Shown here: in pieces, positions 1 through 12,540 of the stretch
Position numbering within the stretch: the stretch's first letter is position 1
Layout of the letters: each line of letters begins with the position of its first letter
Source: Anthoceros angustus
Lineage: Eukaryota; Plantae; Anthocerotophyta
Assembly: GCA_010909165.1 (NCBI GenBank)
Contig: VJWM01000025.1
Location: forward strand, 2,232,001-2,296,000
DNA length: 64,000 nucleotides
Direction: 5' to 3'
Notes under the pieces: generated by a model
What the model saw: the letters and a program-made list of their open reading frames with translations, nothing else
The model's database searches: none
What the model was told of the DNA's origin: nothing
Program-made: the position numbers and the translations under genes

Positions 1-70
1 TGCAAACCAGCACAGATTATTAGACAACAAACCCTCTTCGCAGGAGCTTTTTGCAGGGCTTACTTCCAAC

Positions 71-888
71 CTGATCCAGCTGCCATCAGCACCCAGCAGT
101 GTGTTCTTCGCACCCCACACAACCTGCCCTACCCGAGCCTGGAGCAGAGCTCCAGCGCACATAGGGCAGGGCTCCAGAGTAACGTACAGTGTCGAGTCCT
201 GACAACAACAACAACAACAACAACAGAAGTAAACAAACAGGTGTGAGACACTTCGTCATACGTCACACAGCCCAGATGCTGCTGCCAACGATGCCAGGAG
301 ACCATCATGACAGAGAGCCTACCAGCAGCCTCCAACCACCAAGGGCTATAGCAGCACGCTGGATGCACAGCATTTCAGCATGTGCAGTGGGATCACCCTC
401 AGCTTCCACTCTGCACATTCCCCAGCTCCCTGTGAGATACCTTCGACTCCAGAACCGGCAAAGCTTCAATTCAATTCAACACAACACAACAGCATCCGTT
501 CTGCACATGGACATTCCTCAGCTCCCTCCAACCTATCGCCACCGATTCTGCCATACCTATTAAAAGCTCGAGCCACGATTACACCTTGATGAACCAAAAC
601 AGCGCCCACGGGCACTTCTCCAGCGAGAAAGGCTTTCCGAGCCTCCTCCAACGCCATTTGCATGTAGACCTCGTCTTCAGCATTTTGCTGCGAAAGATCA
701 AGCTGCTGGTATCCTCTTTTCCCACCGCCTGATTTAGCACGTAACAGCCGGAGTGGTCCTCTGATAGTCCGGGGCATCTGGATTCTCTGATAGGCCGGGG
801 CATATGCTTTGGTGCCATCCTGGCTTGTTCGTCTCCGCTGCATGCAGCAGCGCCTTGTCAAGTTCAGTGTAATGCACCCGGTTTCCAT
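71..888 (-). CDS. TADA: tRNA adenosine(34) deaminase, TadA type; exons ~557-888, 323-410, 71-198, continuing beyond the left edge
   Basis: Spliced translation gives EDEVYMQMALEEA..GEVPVGAVLV / DPTAHAEMLCI (HAE) / TLYVTLEPCPMCAGA (PCxxC) / GADGSWIR, with GT-AG introns in consistent phase. The Arg-rich N-terminus could be a targeting peptide. Confidence 0.9.
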
Positions 889-1358
889 ATTGCCATATCT
901 GAACTCCAGTAACCAACAGCCTGGTACACCCAGTTCTGCGCATGCCCCAAGAAGTTGCTTTAGATTCCCATGCAGCAGTGTGCACCATCAAAATAACCAA
1001 CATCCTACTGTAATTTTATCGCCAGTCTCTCATATTTTACCACTATTTTTGCTGCGCCATCGGAAGGCGGACGCAGCCTTTGCAAAGTGGTGAAAGAAAG
1101 GCTTACGGACGTGGCCGCCAAGAAATCAGTGGACGGTCCTTCCTGGATTCGAGACTCCTAAAACTGGTGTGCCTCTAATTACATAATCACATTACTTCTT
1201 CTACGTCCCTGGAGCAAGGAAGAGGAGAGGGGAGGAAGGATTCAGGACTTCTTCCATTCCAGGGAAGAGAGGAAAATTCCAAGCAATCAAAGGAGTCTAT
1301 TATTAACAGAAGCCGTAACCAGAAGCATTGAAGGCCAAAGGCTAGGAACCAGCCACGC

Positions 1359-2028
1359 ATGGCCCAGCCCGATTCAACTCCCTCTCCTGTTCTCGGAGAA
1401 GGAGGTGGCCGTGGCCGTGGCAATGGCAATGGCATCAAAGTGGTGATGAAACCCGAGTACCAAGTGGCCGGCCCTGCGAAATTGCAGCCTCCGGCCAGGG
1501 ATGTGTCGCAAAGCCTCTTTCAACCTGACTTCGACTTTGAGCGACGCTTGGTTGCAGATTTAGAATTGGGTGCCGGGCAGGATGGTTCTGTCATAGCATC
1601 TGTGAGTGACTGGTACCATCTGTTTGCCGTTGTAGTTCTCTTTGGCTGGAGCTAAACTAGCTGAAGAATTCTCAGGCCGTGGCCGAAGATCCAGCAGTGG
1701 CTAGGTACGTCGAACTGGGCTTGGACAGAGAGGCCGTTGCCATGGCCTTAGCAACATTCGGGGACGTCCAAGATAAGGTCAGTCTTGGCCCTCGTACTGT
1801 GCTCTGTTGCAATTTTTTGATCGTAAAACGCAATTTCGTCTGATCACACAGAACTCTTCATTTTTGCAGGTTCTGGGTTTCTGCCCTTCGTACCTGTTGT
1901 TGCGAGAGATGGGCTTTCCTTCAGTAGCAGTTGCTGGAGCATTACGTCTGTATGACAACGACAGAGACAAGGCCATTGGACACTTCGTTTTGCATATCTT
2001 TCAGTCCAGTGAAGAACGTCCTCGTTAG
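1359..2028 (+). CDS. UBA-like domain protein (Arabidopsis At5g53330-like); exons 1359-1601, 1676-1777, 1870-2028
   Basis: GIKVVMKPEYQV..FQPDFDFERRLVA / DPAVARYVELGLDREAV..FGDVQDK / LREMGFPSVAVAGALRLYDNDRDKAI match the family as recalled; GT-AG introns in phase 0. Confidence 0.8.
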
Positions 2029-2429
2029 GTCGCGTCATTAGGTCGTCTTCGACAGCACATGCTCTCAGACCTCAGCGTTGCACAGAAGAGACAGCTCGAG
2101 GTAAGACCCAGGTTGTTGGTTGCACAGAGCAATAGGCTCTGACGCTGCAGAACAAACCAATCTTTCGAACGAAGGTGCGAGATGTGAACCTTAAGATGAA
2201 AACGTGCAGTGAACGTGGACACCGCCTCACAGAGAGGATAGGGTCTCTGGTTCATGAGAATTCCAGACCACTTGCTCAAGCCTAGTAACCCAACAAAATA
2301 TTACTCAAATGTGACAACCCGCTTGTGAGATTTACGCCTGTGGCAACATGATGCAAACCATTACAAAAAGAGCTAGCAGGAATGCCTACTACGGCATCAT
2401 GGGCCAGAAAAACTCCATACAAAAAGGTC

Positions 2430-3524
2430 TTAGTACACGGGCGTTTTGTCTACTTCCTCAATAACGCTAATCTTGTGGGGCTTGGCCAGGAAATCAGTGA
2501 ACTCCTGGAATGGAGACTTTGTAAACCTAGTCTCCTTCCACAAGTCCGGTGTCAAAAACCCGTAGGTCTTCAGCAAGCACTGGAAAGTGGCCTGACAAGC
2601 ACAAAAAAGACCAAACATAAGCATCATTCTGGAGCTGGCCAGAGAGGCAAAAACGAAGGTCTTATTTGACTAGACCAAAGCAACCGAAAGACGAAGCATC
2701 AGAAACCAATATTACAAAACCCTAAAAACCACCCTAACAGCCGCAGCTGACATGACTAACAAGGGCCGGCAGAGCTGGAAAGACTGTACCTTGACAAAAT
2801 TTCCGAGCGTCTTAGTGGAACCGCGAGAGGAGGTGAAGACGTCGTCGATACCTGCGAACTGCAAAACCTTCTTCGGCACGCGGGCAGCCACGATACCAGA
2901 ACCACGAGGAGCGGGAACCAACCTCACGGTCACAGAGCCACACTTCCCCGTCACCTTGCAGGGCACCGTGTGCGGCTTCCCAATCTTGTTACCCCAATAC
3001 CCCCTGCGCACGGGGATGACAGACAGCTTGGCCAGGATGATGGCACCCCGGATGGCCGTGGCCACCTCCTTAGAGCACTTCACCCCCAAGCCGACATGGC
3101 CGTTAGTGTCTCCAACCACAACGAACGCCTTAAAGCGGGTGCGCTGCCCGGCCCGGGTCTGCTTTTGCACGGGCATGATCTTCATCACCTCATCCTTCAG
3201 CGCCGTCCCGAGGAAGAACTCCACGATCTGGTGCTCCTTGATGGGAAGCGAGAACAGGTAAATCTGCTCCAGGGAGCGGATTTTTCCCTCCTTCACCAGG
3301 CGGCCCAGCTTGGTGACCGGCACCCACTTCTCCTCCTCATCTCTCTTGGCACCCCTGCGTCCGCCCCGGCGGTCTCCGCCCCCGCCCCGGCCTCCACGGC
3401 CGCCTCCATCCCCACGTCCACGGCCTCCTCCTTCACCTCGGCCGCCACCGCCGCCAAAGCCACGACCGAAGCCCCCTCTGTCGCCGCCGCCACCTGACCT
3501 CTCGCCTCCAGCTCGCTCCGCCAT
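2430..3524 (-). CDS. RPS2: 40S ribosomal protein S2 (uS5); exons 2790-3524 and 2430-2591
   Basis: RGG-rich N-terminus, [35 protein letters not shown]|[21 protein letters not shown]; canonical intron. The track ORF starts at an upstream TTG; the ATG is at 3524. Confidence 0.97.
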
Positions 3525-3606
3525 CGTGGGCGCCCTCGACCTCAACTGAAACGGCAGAGGAAGGACTTGAGAAAGGATTCGACCTTAGCACGCGACGGGC
3601 TTATGA

Positions 3607-3613
3607 TAGGGTT
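3607..3613 (-). promoter_or_regulatory. Partial telo-box-like motif (AACCCTA) upstream of RPS2
   Basis: TAGGGTT on the + strand ~85 bp upstream of the RPS2 ATG. Telo-boxes are typical of plant ribosomal-protein promoters, but this is only a 7-mer. Confidence 0.3.
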
Positions 3614-4924
3614 CAACCCTGGAACCCTCCGGAACATATATAGAGGAGAGCCGCTTTAGGGCTTCTCGACAAAGCAACAAACTTACACTGGAAAACTAAC
3701 AAGTATGACACCAAACATATAAGTGTGGCTTCCCGGTTTAGATGTTTTTGGGTTCGATCCTTTTCCAAAATATGTCGTTCCGATCCATAGTGCACAAATC
3801 CAACAAACTCTCGCATTCCCTAGCTATGTCGGTGATGCTTGCAACTGGACACCCCTAGCTATGTCAGTGATGCTTGCAATTGCAACTGGTCCCTTCCGTC
3901 CCTTATGTCATCGACCAGAAGATCTATCGAAATGAATCAAAACTTTTGGCGAGTTTTTGGAAAATAAGAAATATGATTGGATGCAGAAAATTTCGAGGCT
4001 CCTGGTTAAAATATTCTACCGGTCCTGCTTTTTTGATCCATGTGTGGATGCTACGAATCTGTTTTGAGTTGCCCCGAACTATCGACCATGAAAGTGAAAG
4101 AATCAACTATGGCCGTCGGAGAGTTCGACTGAACCATGCTCAAGTTTGACATTCATCTCACGAAGTATTGAAGTTCAACATATATGTACGCTCGTTCCTT
4201 GAGCACTCAAGTTTGATATACTCTTACGAAGGTTGGTTTTCATGTGTCAATTAAAGATTGCTTCATGATTTCATGTGTTTTTCATACTCATTGGATTATA
4301 ACCCGATTTTCATTTACAAGATTATTAAAGTTCTTAAATTATTTCTTTGAGAACAATAATAGTTAAATAGATTATTGATTAATTTAGTTTCAAAGTATTG
4401 GATTTCATTTTTAATATCCAATCATATGTTTGTGCTTGAAAACTGTGACTACAACTTGTCTATGACTGAACTTGGATGAGACAGTCAAAAAATTCATTTG
4501 AATTTCTATTCCATGAGATAGAAACTGGTTAAAATCCCATAAAAAACTTTGGGAGGCTTGAAAAATATTTTGGATTTGAAAAGAAACTTTTCTTGCAGAC
4601 GTCCATTATGGTTGAGTCTAGATAAATAGGTAGATACGTAACTGCTACACGCTGCAAGTCTCGTGCAAGGAAAGTAGGATCCACGATGAGGATAGAGATG
4701 AATATATGAAATTTGTGAATAATGTATGGAATGAAATACTGAATAACATAATTATTGGTTGCATGTGGAAATAAACAAATTTCAAGTTCATACAACAAAT
4801 TGTATAGGCTCAATCAAGTGGATGAAAAGTCCATCAGCAAATTCTCTTCAAAGTTAATCAATTGCTGTTAGAAATTTCTATATAAATATGTAGTTGGAAA
4901 GTGTTCTTTTTCCCTAAACCCTCC

Positions 4925-5629
4925 AGTTTCCCTAAACCTCCACTAGATTCCGGGCCATAATATTGTAGTCGGCAATGAGCTGGCAGATGTTACTGCTAAG
5001 GCAGCCACTCTTCTTCCAATTTCCAATGAAGACTGTACATTATCTGTGTCCAGAGCGCGTCAATAGATTCATGTGGCAAGTTTGCAGGAGTGGCATGTAT
5101 GTACAGTGGGCCTCATCTTCTAAAGCTTCTGCGCTAAAGCGAGTGGTGCTTGGTGGCCCCTCGGCGTCGGTGTTACAACGTCTTGGCATTCATGATCGTA
5201 AGGTCTCATCCTTTCTCACCCAGTTACGAACTGGACATATGGCTATTGGGGCTTATTTCAGGTGATTCAACATCGCTGGAAACCCATTTTGTCAGAAATA
5301 TATGTCTTCCGAAGAAACACGCCAGCACATCCTTGGTCAGTGCTCGGCTACCCGCAGCAAGTGGGACCAGATTTTTCATGGCTCTTACTATGATATGCGC
5401 CAACTCCTCAGTATTTCCAAACTCAGAGGGAAACGTATCCCTTACTTCAAGCTGATTGGCGACTACTTTTAGTACAAGTTCCTTAGCAAAGCTATTTAGT
5501 CTTCTGATCTTTGTTTGATCTACTTTCTTTGCTTTCACGGTCTCCCAAATGTCACTTCATTCATGTTCTTGATTCATGTTCAGGCGTCATAGCCTCACGG
5601 CTGCATACGCCTAATGATCTATAAAAAAA
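4925..5629 (+). mobile_element. 5'-truncated, degenerate LINE 3' end with RNase H C-terminus, CCHC-like knuckle, terminal stem-loop and A-tail
   Basis: H(W>stop)IPGHNIVVGNELADVTAKAA at 4941-5010; LTQLRTGH..PFCQKYMSSEETRQHILGQC after a frameshift; GGCGT-TAGCC...GGCTG-ACGCC hairpin at 5583-5611; A-run at 5621-5629. Confidence 0.75.
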
Positions 5630-7054
5630 TTGGAGCCGATGCAGCAATGTATGGCAGCCCTTATTCTCGGGCAAAGGTAAAGGTGGGGAGTTTTAGTGGG
5701 TGAGGGAGTTCTTCCCAAGTCCCACATAACTGCGATGGTATCTAGGCACGTACTCGGATGACCTCGGGAAGAGTAAAGTCTCTTCTGTTGGGATGATACG
5801 ATGTGTAACATAGGGGAATCAGAACCCTTGCTGAAGATTTCTCCCCCGGGGTTGTTTTGATTTATTTTCAAAATACCAAATTAAAAAAAATCTATAAAAA
5901 AATAAATAATAAAGTGTTCTTTTTGACATTTTAGACTGTTATACCCGGGTAACCGATTGCATCCTTCGAAGAAAAAAAGAGAGTTATAAATGTAGGACAT
6001 GTGCCATGAAAAATAACGTTCTCCAAATATTGTGTCATACAAAAATATGGGGTACAACATATTCACATAAGATCATAAGCTTGATTTGAATACAATTGGT
6101 ATTAACACATTTTGTTGTCTTCGAAAGACTGCTCTCCAATTTTCTCATTCTTATATCATAGTTTTATAGTTCTAGATGATGGTCTTATAGTTTTACTCTT
6201 TAGAGCACCGTTGTTAGATAAAAACTTTTCCCTTTTTGATGGTGATCTATAATACATTCAAAACAACTCTTCAAAAAAGTATTAAACACCATTCTTTTTC
6301 AAAATTATTTTAGATTGAAGCTAATAAAAGAACAACTTTTCCCTGAGAAAGTTTTGGACTATTTATATATGGACTTGCAATCATTCTATCTCACTGCCTA
6401 TTCGATGTCACATATATTTTTCAAATTTTGTTAAATGAAAACTTGTTATTTATTTTTATGTTTCTATAAGCTCCATGTTTTTTTGTAGTCTCTCCTAAGT
6501 AAAGCATTATTATTTTTCTTTGGACATAGTTCTAAAAGATCACTATTTATTTTATTTTCAATAGAGTACTGTTATATTTTGCTTTGGACATAGCATTGTT
6601 TTACATATTATGGACATAGCATTGTCCACACTATTATCCCACTCTTTTTACCTTTAGTTTTTTCTCCCTTCTCCCTATCCTTCCCTCCCTCTTTCTCTTT
6701 AGACCTCACTTCCTCACCCATTGCTGATACAACTCCTCTCTCTTCCAATCGGAACCCAAACTTCCACTTCCATTCTCCCAGCCACACTCCTTTCCGCATT
6801 GAAGCATGTCACATTCATTCATTCATTTTGCACGACTCTAGAAAAGGCTTTGTAACTCACACTGCCTTGCAATACCCTTTCAAATCAAACAGCTAATCAA
6901 GCTCATGGCTTCCCCAAACCTGTGCACATCGTGCTAAACCTAATTATTGTCATTTCTTGCAAGCTCCAAAGACTACTGGACTCCTCCGCAGCTGCCTCAA
7001 CCATTTGCTCTGTTTGCAAGTTTTGCCCACCCTCGGAGACCTGCTCCTGCTCTT

Positions 7055-7155
7055 CCTCATTCTGCCCTACCAATACATTGTCTCCCATTGAAGACTTGCT
7101 CCCATCCTCATTCTGCCCTACCAATACATTGTCTCCCATTGAAGACTTGCTCCCA
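7055..7155. repeat. 51-bp direct tandem duplication
   Basis: CCTCATTCTGCCCTACCAATACATTGTCTCCCATTGAAGACTTGCTCCCA occurs at 7055 and 7106. Confidence 0.9.
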
Positions 7156-7650
7156 GGACCGAAACAACGATGGCAATGCAAGAATAACACACTAGCTTTG
7201 ACGACGATGCTATGAGGTAACAAAGTATTTTAGACGCAACCAGGCCTTGAAGAATGAGTAAACTACAAGACAAACATTGATCCCTATATAGTATTATGAT
7301 TCTACACCATTAAAGCCATTAAGATGCTGTGTATTGTATGATACTGCAGTCTTGATGAAATCGTTGTGCTGTCCTCGACAAATTCTGCCAAACCGTGCCT
7401 CAAGTTCTCACAGTGTCCGGATTGTGTCGGATTGTTAGGACGTTGTTTTTGAGGTTTCGGCTATGGCGGCCTTGCCGCTTCCTGCCGCGCAGCCTTGGCG
7501 AGCGGCAAGCTAGCGAGCAGGGGAACTGCTAGAGGAACTTTTATCCCTTGCCGTAGGCGACAAATTAGGTCTGCTGTCAAAGATTGGCTGTTCGTCTCGG
7601 CCCTTTCCCCGCTCCTCTCAGACTGTGTCTATTTTGCCTTCTTTCTGCAG

Positions 7651-8441
7651 AATCTGAGTGATCCAGGGCTTTCAATCTTGGTGATGCCGAATCCAGCAAG
7701 GGGCCCTCCTCAGCACGTACTGAGATCATGGTAAACCAGCCATCCAGTTCCATCCCAACCGCTGCCACTGCATCAACTCCGTCTTGAGAAAGGCGGCTAA
7801 AGGAGCTGAATTTGTGAGGCTGCATGGGCTTCGGGACGATACCAGCCTGCGTGCAGGCACTGACTGCCGTCATCCTAAGATGTCATCGATCATTGGAGTC
7901 CCTGGATCTGCAATCTGTGGGACTGAGCGCATAAGAACTGGGTGACATCGCTGCAGCGCATCGACGCAATGTCAGGCGCGGCTCTCTCCTGTCCACGTTG
8001 GCTCTGTGTGGGAACCACATCGGGAAGCGTGTTGGGGCGCAGCATTTGGCCGACATCCTGGGAAACTTGCCCGCGCTCCGCACTCTCTAGATTGGCGACA
8101 TAGGCATGGACGAGGAAGGAGCCTGGCTGATCGCAAAGGCCCTGGCCCACGCCACCACACTCACCGGGCTCAGGATCGGGGTGGCGCGCCGGGACGGGCC
8201 CAGAAGTTCTTCTTTCCACGGCTGGAAACTGTTCATCCCGCTGACGGGCTCATGTTCATCATTCAACTGCTCGGAGCTTTGGTGTGGCCCGAGTCCTCGC
8301 AACAGGCAACTGCATCGGACTTGTGGAGCGGTAGAAGCAAGGAAGACTTCAGGGATACTGCTGTTACGTCTTCATGAGGAACCCAGCGCCCAGGGCGTGG
8401 TGTCACTGAGATTTTCAATCGCTCCATCACAACGCTTATAA
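7651..8441 (+). pseudogene. Ribonuclease-inhibitor-type LRR pseudogene
   Basis: One frame reads RLKELNL*GC..LESLDLQSVGLSA*EL..LSTLALCGNHIG..GAQHLADILGNLPALRTL*IGDIGMDEEGAWLIAKALAHATTLTGLRI, with stops at 7659, 7785, 7815, 7932 and 8088. Confidence 0.6.
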
Positions 8442-9361
8442 CATGTTCGTTGTCCGGGAGGCCAGCACGGCGTGGGAAACATATCCAGAATGTTCTCATC
8501 CAAAACATACGCATAAGATACGTCACTGGACGGCAGAGTACGTCCCCAAAGCTCGCCAGACTACATAGTTAGCTAGCTGCAGCTGCTTTGTCTTCATCTG
8601 TACCCGCAAGAAACCACAAACTCAGACCTGACATAGAGCTGTCCTTCCTCCTTTCCACAGGTTCTTCAGAAGTGTGGATGGCCACTATGGCAACCACTAA
8701 GCACCGCTGCTGGCCCAGCAAAAGTATGACATATTGCTGGGACTGGGAGTTATCCTAACGTGAGCGTGGGAGCAGGCAAACGGAGAGGTTTGGCAGAGAT
8801 TGTAAGCAGGGAAGGGGACAGACCTGGAGGAGCTGTGGACAGAGGGCGACTTGAAGCTCGTCTAAGGACATTGTTTGATACTGACATTGGTGAACGGTAA
8901 CTTGCCTCAAATTTACTTCCCTGGTTGTGAGGCATCTGTTCATATATCTTTCTTGATGTCTCTCGGTAGTATGACGCCAAACAAATGGTCTACGATGAGG
9001 ATGGATTGAGAATGAGAACGATGAGAACGAAGATATGGAGGATAAGGGTGATAAGGTGAGAATAGACATGGTTGAAAAAGGATTAAAATTGCACCAACGC
9101 CGATTGGATTTTTCTATGGTACATTCCTAGCTTGCTTGTTCCAAAAGCAATTTACGTTCTGGTAAAATTCTAAATTAGATAGTAATATGGTGTTGGTTAA
9201 ATGATCACTATCAGGAAAGCGAGAAAAGGGATGATTTATTGAGGTGAAAGAATGATGGAAAGAGACCATCTAGGAGGGGACAACAAATGGGGACCCGGGG
9301 GTCGGAGTGAAGAGGAGCAACTGAGCTCCCTACCTAAAGTGACCAAGCTGCACCCACAATG

Positions 9362-12290
9362 TCATATGTGTAGAATAAACGGCCTGCAAACCACGGAGGA
9401 AGAGGAAAAGGCATCACCCACCGTCGCCGCCTTATGGAGAATCGCCGTTGAGAGCGCCCGTTGAAGAGCAATAGAAACCCGCTGTCGGAAGTATGTTGTG
9501 AAGTACGAGAGGGACAGCCCTCCACTATGCCTGCGCGCGTGGTAAGCTTTGGCACAAGACTTGACGAATTTGTCAAAGTCCTCAGCCATTGCCCCATACG
9601 TTTCTAGAGCAAGCGGGATAAAGAGGTGGCCGCTTGCATCCTCGCTATACTTATGGACCTTGAGAGCGCAGGCGGCCAGCTGGGCGGTTGGTGATGACAC
9701 AGGCGGAGGTGGCGTCACGTGCGGTCGGTAACCACTACATCCGCCACCACAACCGTCGCCACGACAAGGTATAAGTCCGCCTCGATTGAACGACCAGTAA
9801 GAAGAGTATACTCCGCTCCCTCCAGCCATATAGCCACTTTCGCGAGCAATGGCAAACATGACGCCACGGACAAGGTATAAGTCATACGATTGAGCGACAC
9901 CAAGAAGAGTATACTCCGCTCCCTCCGGGCCATATAGCCACTTTCGCGAGCAATGGCAAACATGGCGTCACGGATGGCGTCGTGGTGGCAATGCGGCGAC
10001 TTCGTGGGGACAACGAGCAAGGTGGACACCGAGACGCCAAGAGCAGAGCCGCACTCACAAGTGAGGAGCGAAGAAGCCACAGCCGGAGTAGGCCGAGACG
10101 GAATCGCATCGCAGAGTGAAGGTGGTTGGTGCGATGTGAAATCCCGTATGCATGGGCGGGCGGTAGCTGCTCCCTTCCCGAACAAGGCCGCTCTAGTGGA
10201 CCTGGAGATGGAGGGTCTGGAGACGGTAGCTGGCCGGCGCTTCTCGGCGAGATGCACCGCAATCCCTAAAGCCATCGATGATAAATGTAGAAAGGAGGAA
10301 GTCCTTAGAGCATCTGCGATAACATGTCTCCGCCGCCTCAAGGGCGATTGAGCGACACCAAGAAGAGTATACTCCGCTCCCTCCGGGCCATATAGCCACT
10401 TTCGCGAGCAATGGCAAACATGGCGTCACGGATGGCGTCGTGGTGGCAATGCGGCGACTTCGTGGGGACAACGAGCAAGGTGGACACCGAGACGCCAAGA
10501 GCAGAGCCGCACTCACAAGTGAGGAGCGAAGAAGCCACAGCCGGAGTAGGCCGAGACGGAATCGCATCGCAGAGTGAAGGTGGTTGGTGCGATGTGAAAT
10601 CCCGTATGCATGGTGGCCAAGAGCTGCACCGCCTCCTTCCTAACAAGAGCGAGCCGCACTCACAAGTGAGGCGAAGAAGCCACGGTGGAGTAGGCGAGGC
10701 GGAATCGCATCGCGATGGTGAAGGTGGTTGGTGCGATGTGAAATCCCGTATGCATGGGCGGGCGGTAGCTGCTCCCTTCCCGAACAAGGCCGCTCTAGTG
10801 GACACAGAGATGGAGGGGTCCCGGAGGATGAAGCAGGAAGCCAAGGCGAGCCGCTCGAGCAGATGCCTCGCAATCCCTAAAGCCATCGATGATAAATGTA
10901 GAAAGGAGGAAGTCCTTAGAGCATCTGCGATAACATGTCTCCGCCGCCTCAAGGACGATTGAGCGACACCAAGAAGAGTATACTCCGCTCCCTCCGGGCC
11001 ATATAGCCACTTTCGCGAGCAATGGCAAACATGGCGTCACGGATGGCGTCGTGGTGGCAATCGATGACCCGTGGGGACGAGCAAGGTGGACACGAGGCGT
11101 CAAGGCGAGCCGCACTCACAAGTGAGGAGGCGAAGAAGCCACGCAGTGGAGTAGGAGGCGGAATCGCATCGCGATGGTGAAGGTGGTTGGTGCGATGTGA
11201 AATCCCGTATGCATGGGCGGGCGGTGTGGCTGCTCCTTCCCGAACAAGGCGGCGCTCTAGTGGACACAGAGATGGAGGGTCTGGAGGACGGTGGCACGGC
11301 GAGCGCTTCTCGGCGAGATGCGCAATCCCTAAAGCCATCGATGATAAATGTAGAAAGGAGGAAGTCCTTAGAGCATCTGCGATAACATGTCTACGCTGCC
11401 TCAGGGCGATTGGAGAGAAGGTTCCCTCCTCCACACTTGATACGAGATCCTCGAGAAAGGGCTTGTCATGGAGGATGAAACGGAAGCCAAGGCGAGGCGG
11501 AGGGCCCAACTCCCAAGAAAGCCGGGAAGAGACCTCCGATGAGGCAGTCCTCGCCTCCAAATTGCAGGCGGGGATGCTTGCAGTGGGCAGTCGCCCTGTG
11601 GCACTCAAAAGCCCCGAGCCCAAGATGTCCCCAAGAGTATCCATAATCTTCAGATCAAACCCGGGCCGGGACAAAAGGACCGAGACGGAGGCAGATGATG
11701 AGGTACCTGTGGCGCCTAGCAAAATGTAAGGAAAGGATTCCAAAGGCCACCGAGCATCCTCCAAAGAAAGGGAGGTCTTCAATATGGGAGAGGTCCTCTG
11801 CAAGGGCCTTGTCCAGAAGCTCCCAATGAAGTCGGGGAACCAAAGGGACCCCAAGAACTGCAGACCAAGAGCCGAGCAATCTCCCAGCAGAAACCGCAGA
11901 GTAGGCGTGATCCCGACGGGACCGACGCTGCACTTGGACATCTTGACCTTCAAGCCCACCTGGCTCGGAAGAGAATATCTCAAAGGCCTCCTTGACTTTG
12001 TCCCTGTGCCCGAGGATGTGAGAGTCGCCCGCCAACGAAGGGAAGACACATGCTGCATGGAGAGGCGGCCCTGACAGGCCCTATGGTGAGCAATAGCGAA
12101 GAGAGCACCGCCTAGCGGTCGCCTGCTCGGTACTGTGGGCGTTCTCAGGCCGGTAGTAGAGGTTGGAGGACCTCCCGTAGAAGCACCGGACAAAGGGTAT
12201 AAGACTCCCCAGGGACAAAGCGAGAAATTGGTCTTATCTTGAGGTGACATCCCATACTCCACGGCCAAGCATCCTTGAGGCCGATCACTA
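9362..12290 (-). mobile_element. CRE-like non-LTR retrotransposon (RT, CCHC finger, restriction-like endonuclease), 5'-truncated, frameshifted, with internal tandem re-copies
   Basis: RT fragments PFVRCFYGRSSNL, DPLGGALFAIAHH, DSHILG, KVKMSKC, GLQFLG; finger CECG..HHDAIRDAMFAIARESG; RLE KVHKY..FIPLALETYG..RQRVSIALQR. Confidence 0.8.
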
Positions 12291-12324
12291 TTAGGACGAG
12301 AAGTTATGCACTCCTGCCATAAAA

Positions 12325-12540
12325 AAACCTTATGGGGCTACTTTGAATATTGCCAAAAAACTTGAGTGTTGTAAAAACGTCCTCCCGAAGCTACTCTAAA
12401 TATAGTCGAAAAAATTAAGTGTCGTAGGGCCACTCTGAATATAGCTAAAGAAACAAAGTACTGTGAAAACATCCTACGGGGCTACTCTGAATGTCCTACG
12501 GGCCTACTTTGAATATACCAAAAAAACTGAGAGTTGGACA
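12325..12540. repeat. Degenerate ~60-bp repeats resembling DNA-transposon subterminal repeats
   Basis: Recurrent GGGCTACTYTGAATAT..CCAAAAAAC motif, about four to five imperfect copies. Confidence 0.4.

Noticed and set aside
2752-3549. Plus-strand ORFs of 79-175 aa over RPS2
   Set aside because: Antisense shadows of a GC-rich conserved coding sequence.
5224-5538. 104-aa minus-strand ORF as a gene
   Set aside because: It is the antisense shadow of the LINE Cys/His knuckle region on the + strand.
7651-8441. Nuclear U-to-C editing rescuing the LRR stops
   Set aside because: All stop codons start with T, so reversibility is uninformative, and reverse editing is known only in organelles; methylation decay is simpler.
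10949-12268. 439-aa ORF as an intact RT protein
   Set aside because: RT motifs are spread over several frames; the long ORF is mostly out of frame with them.
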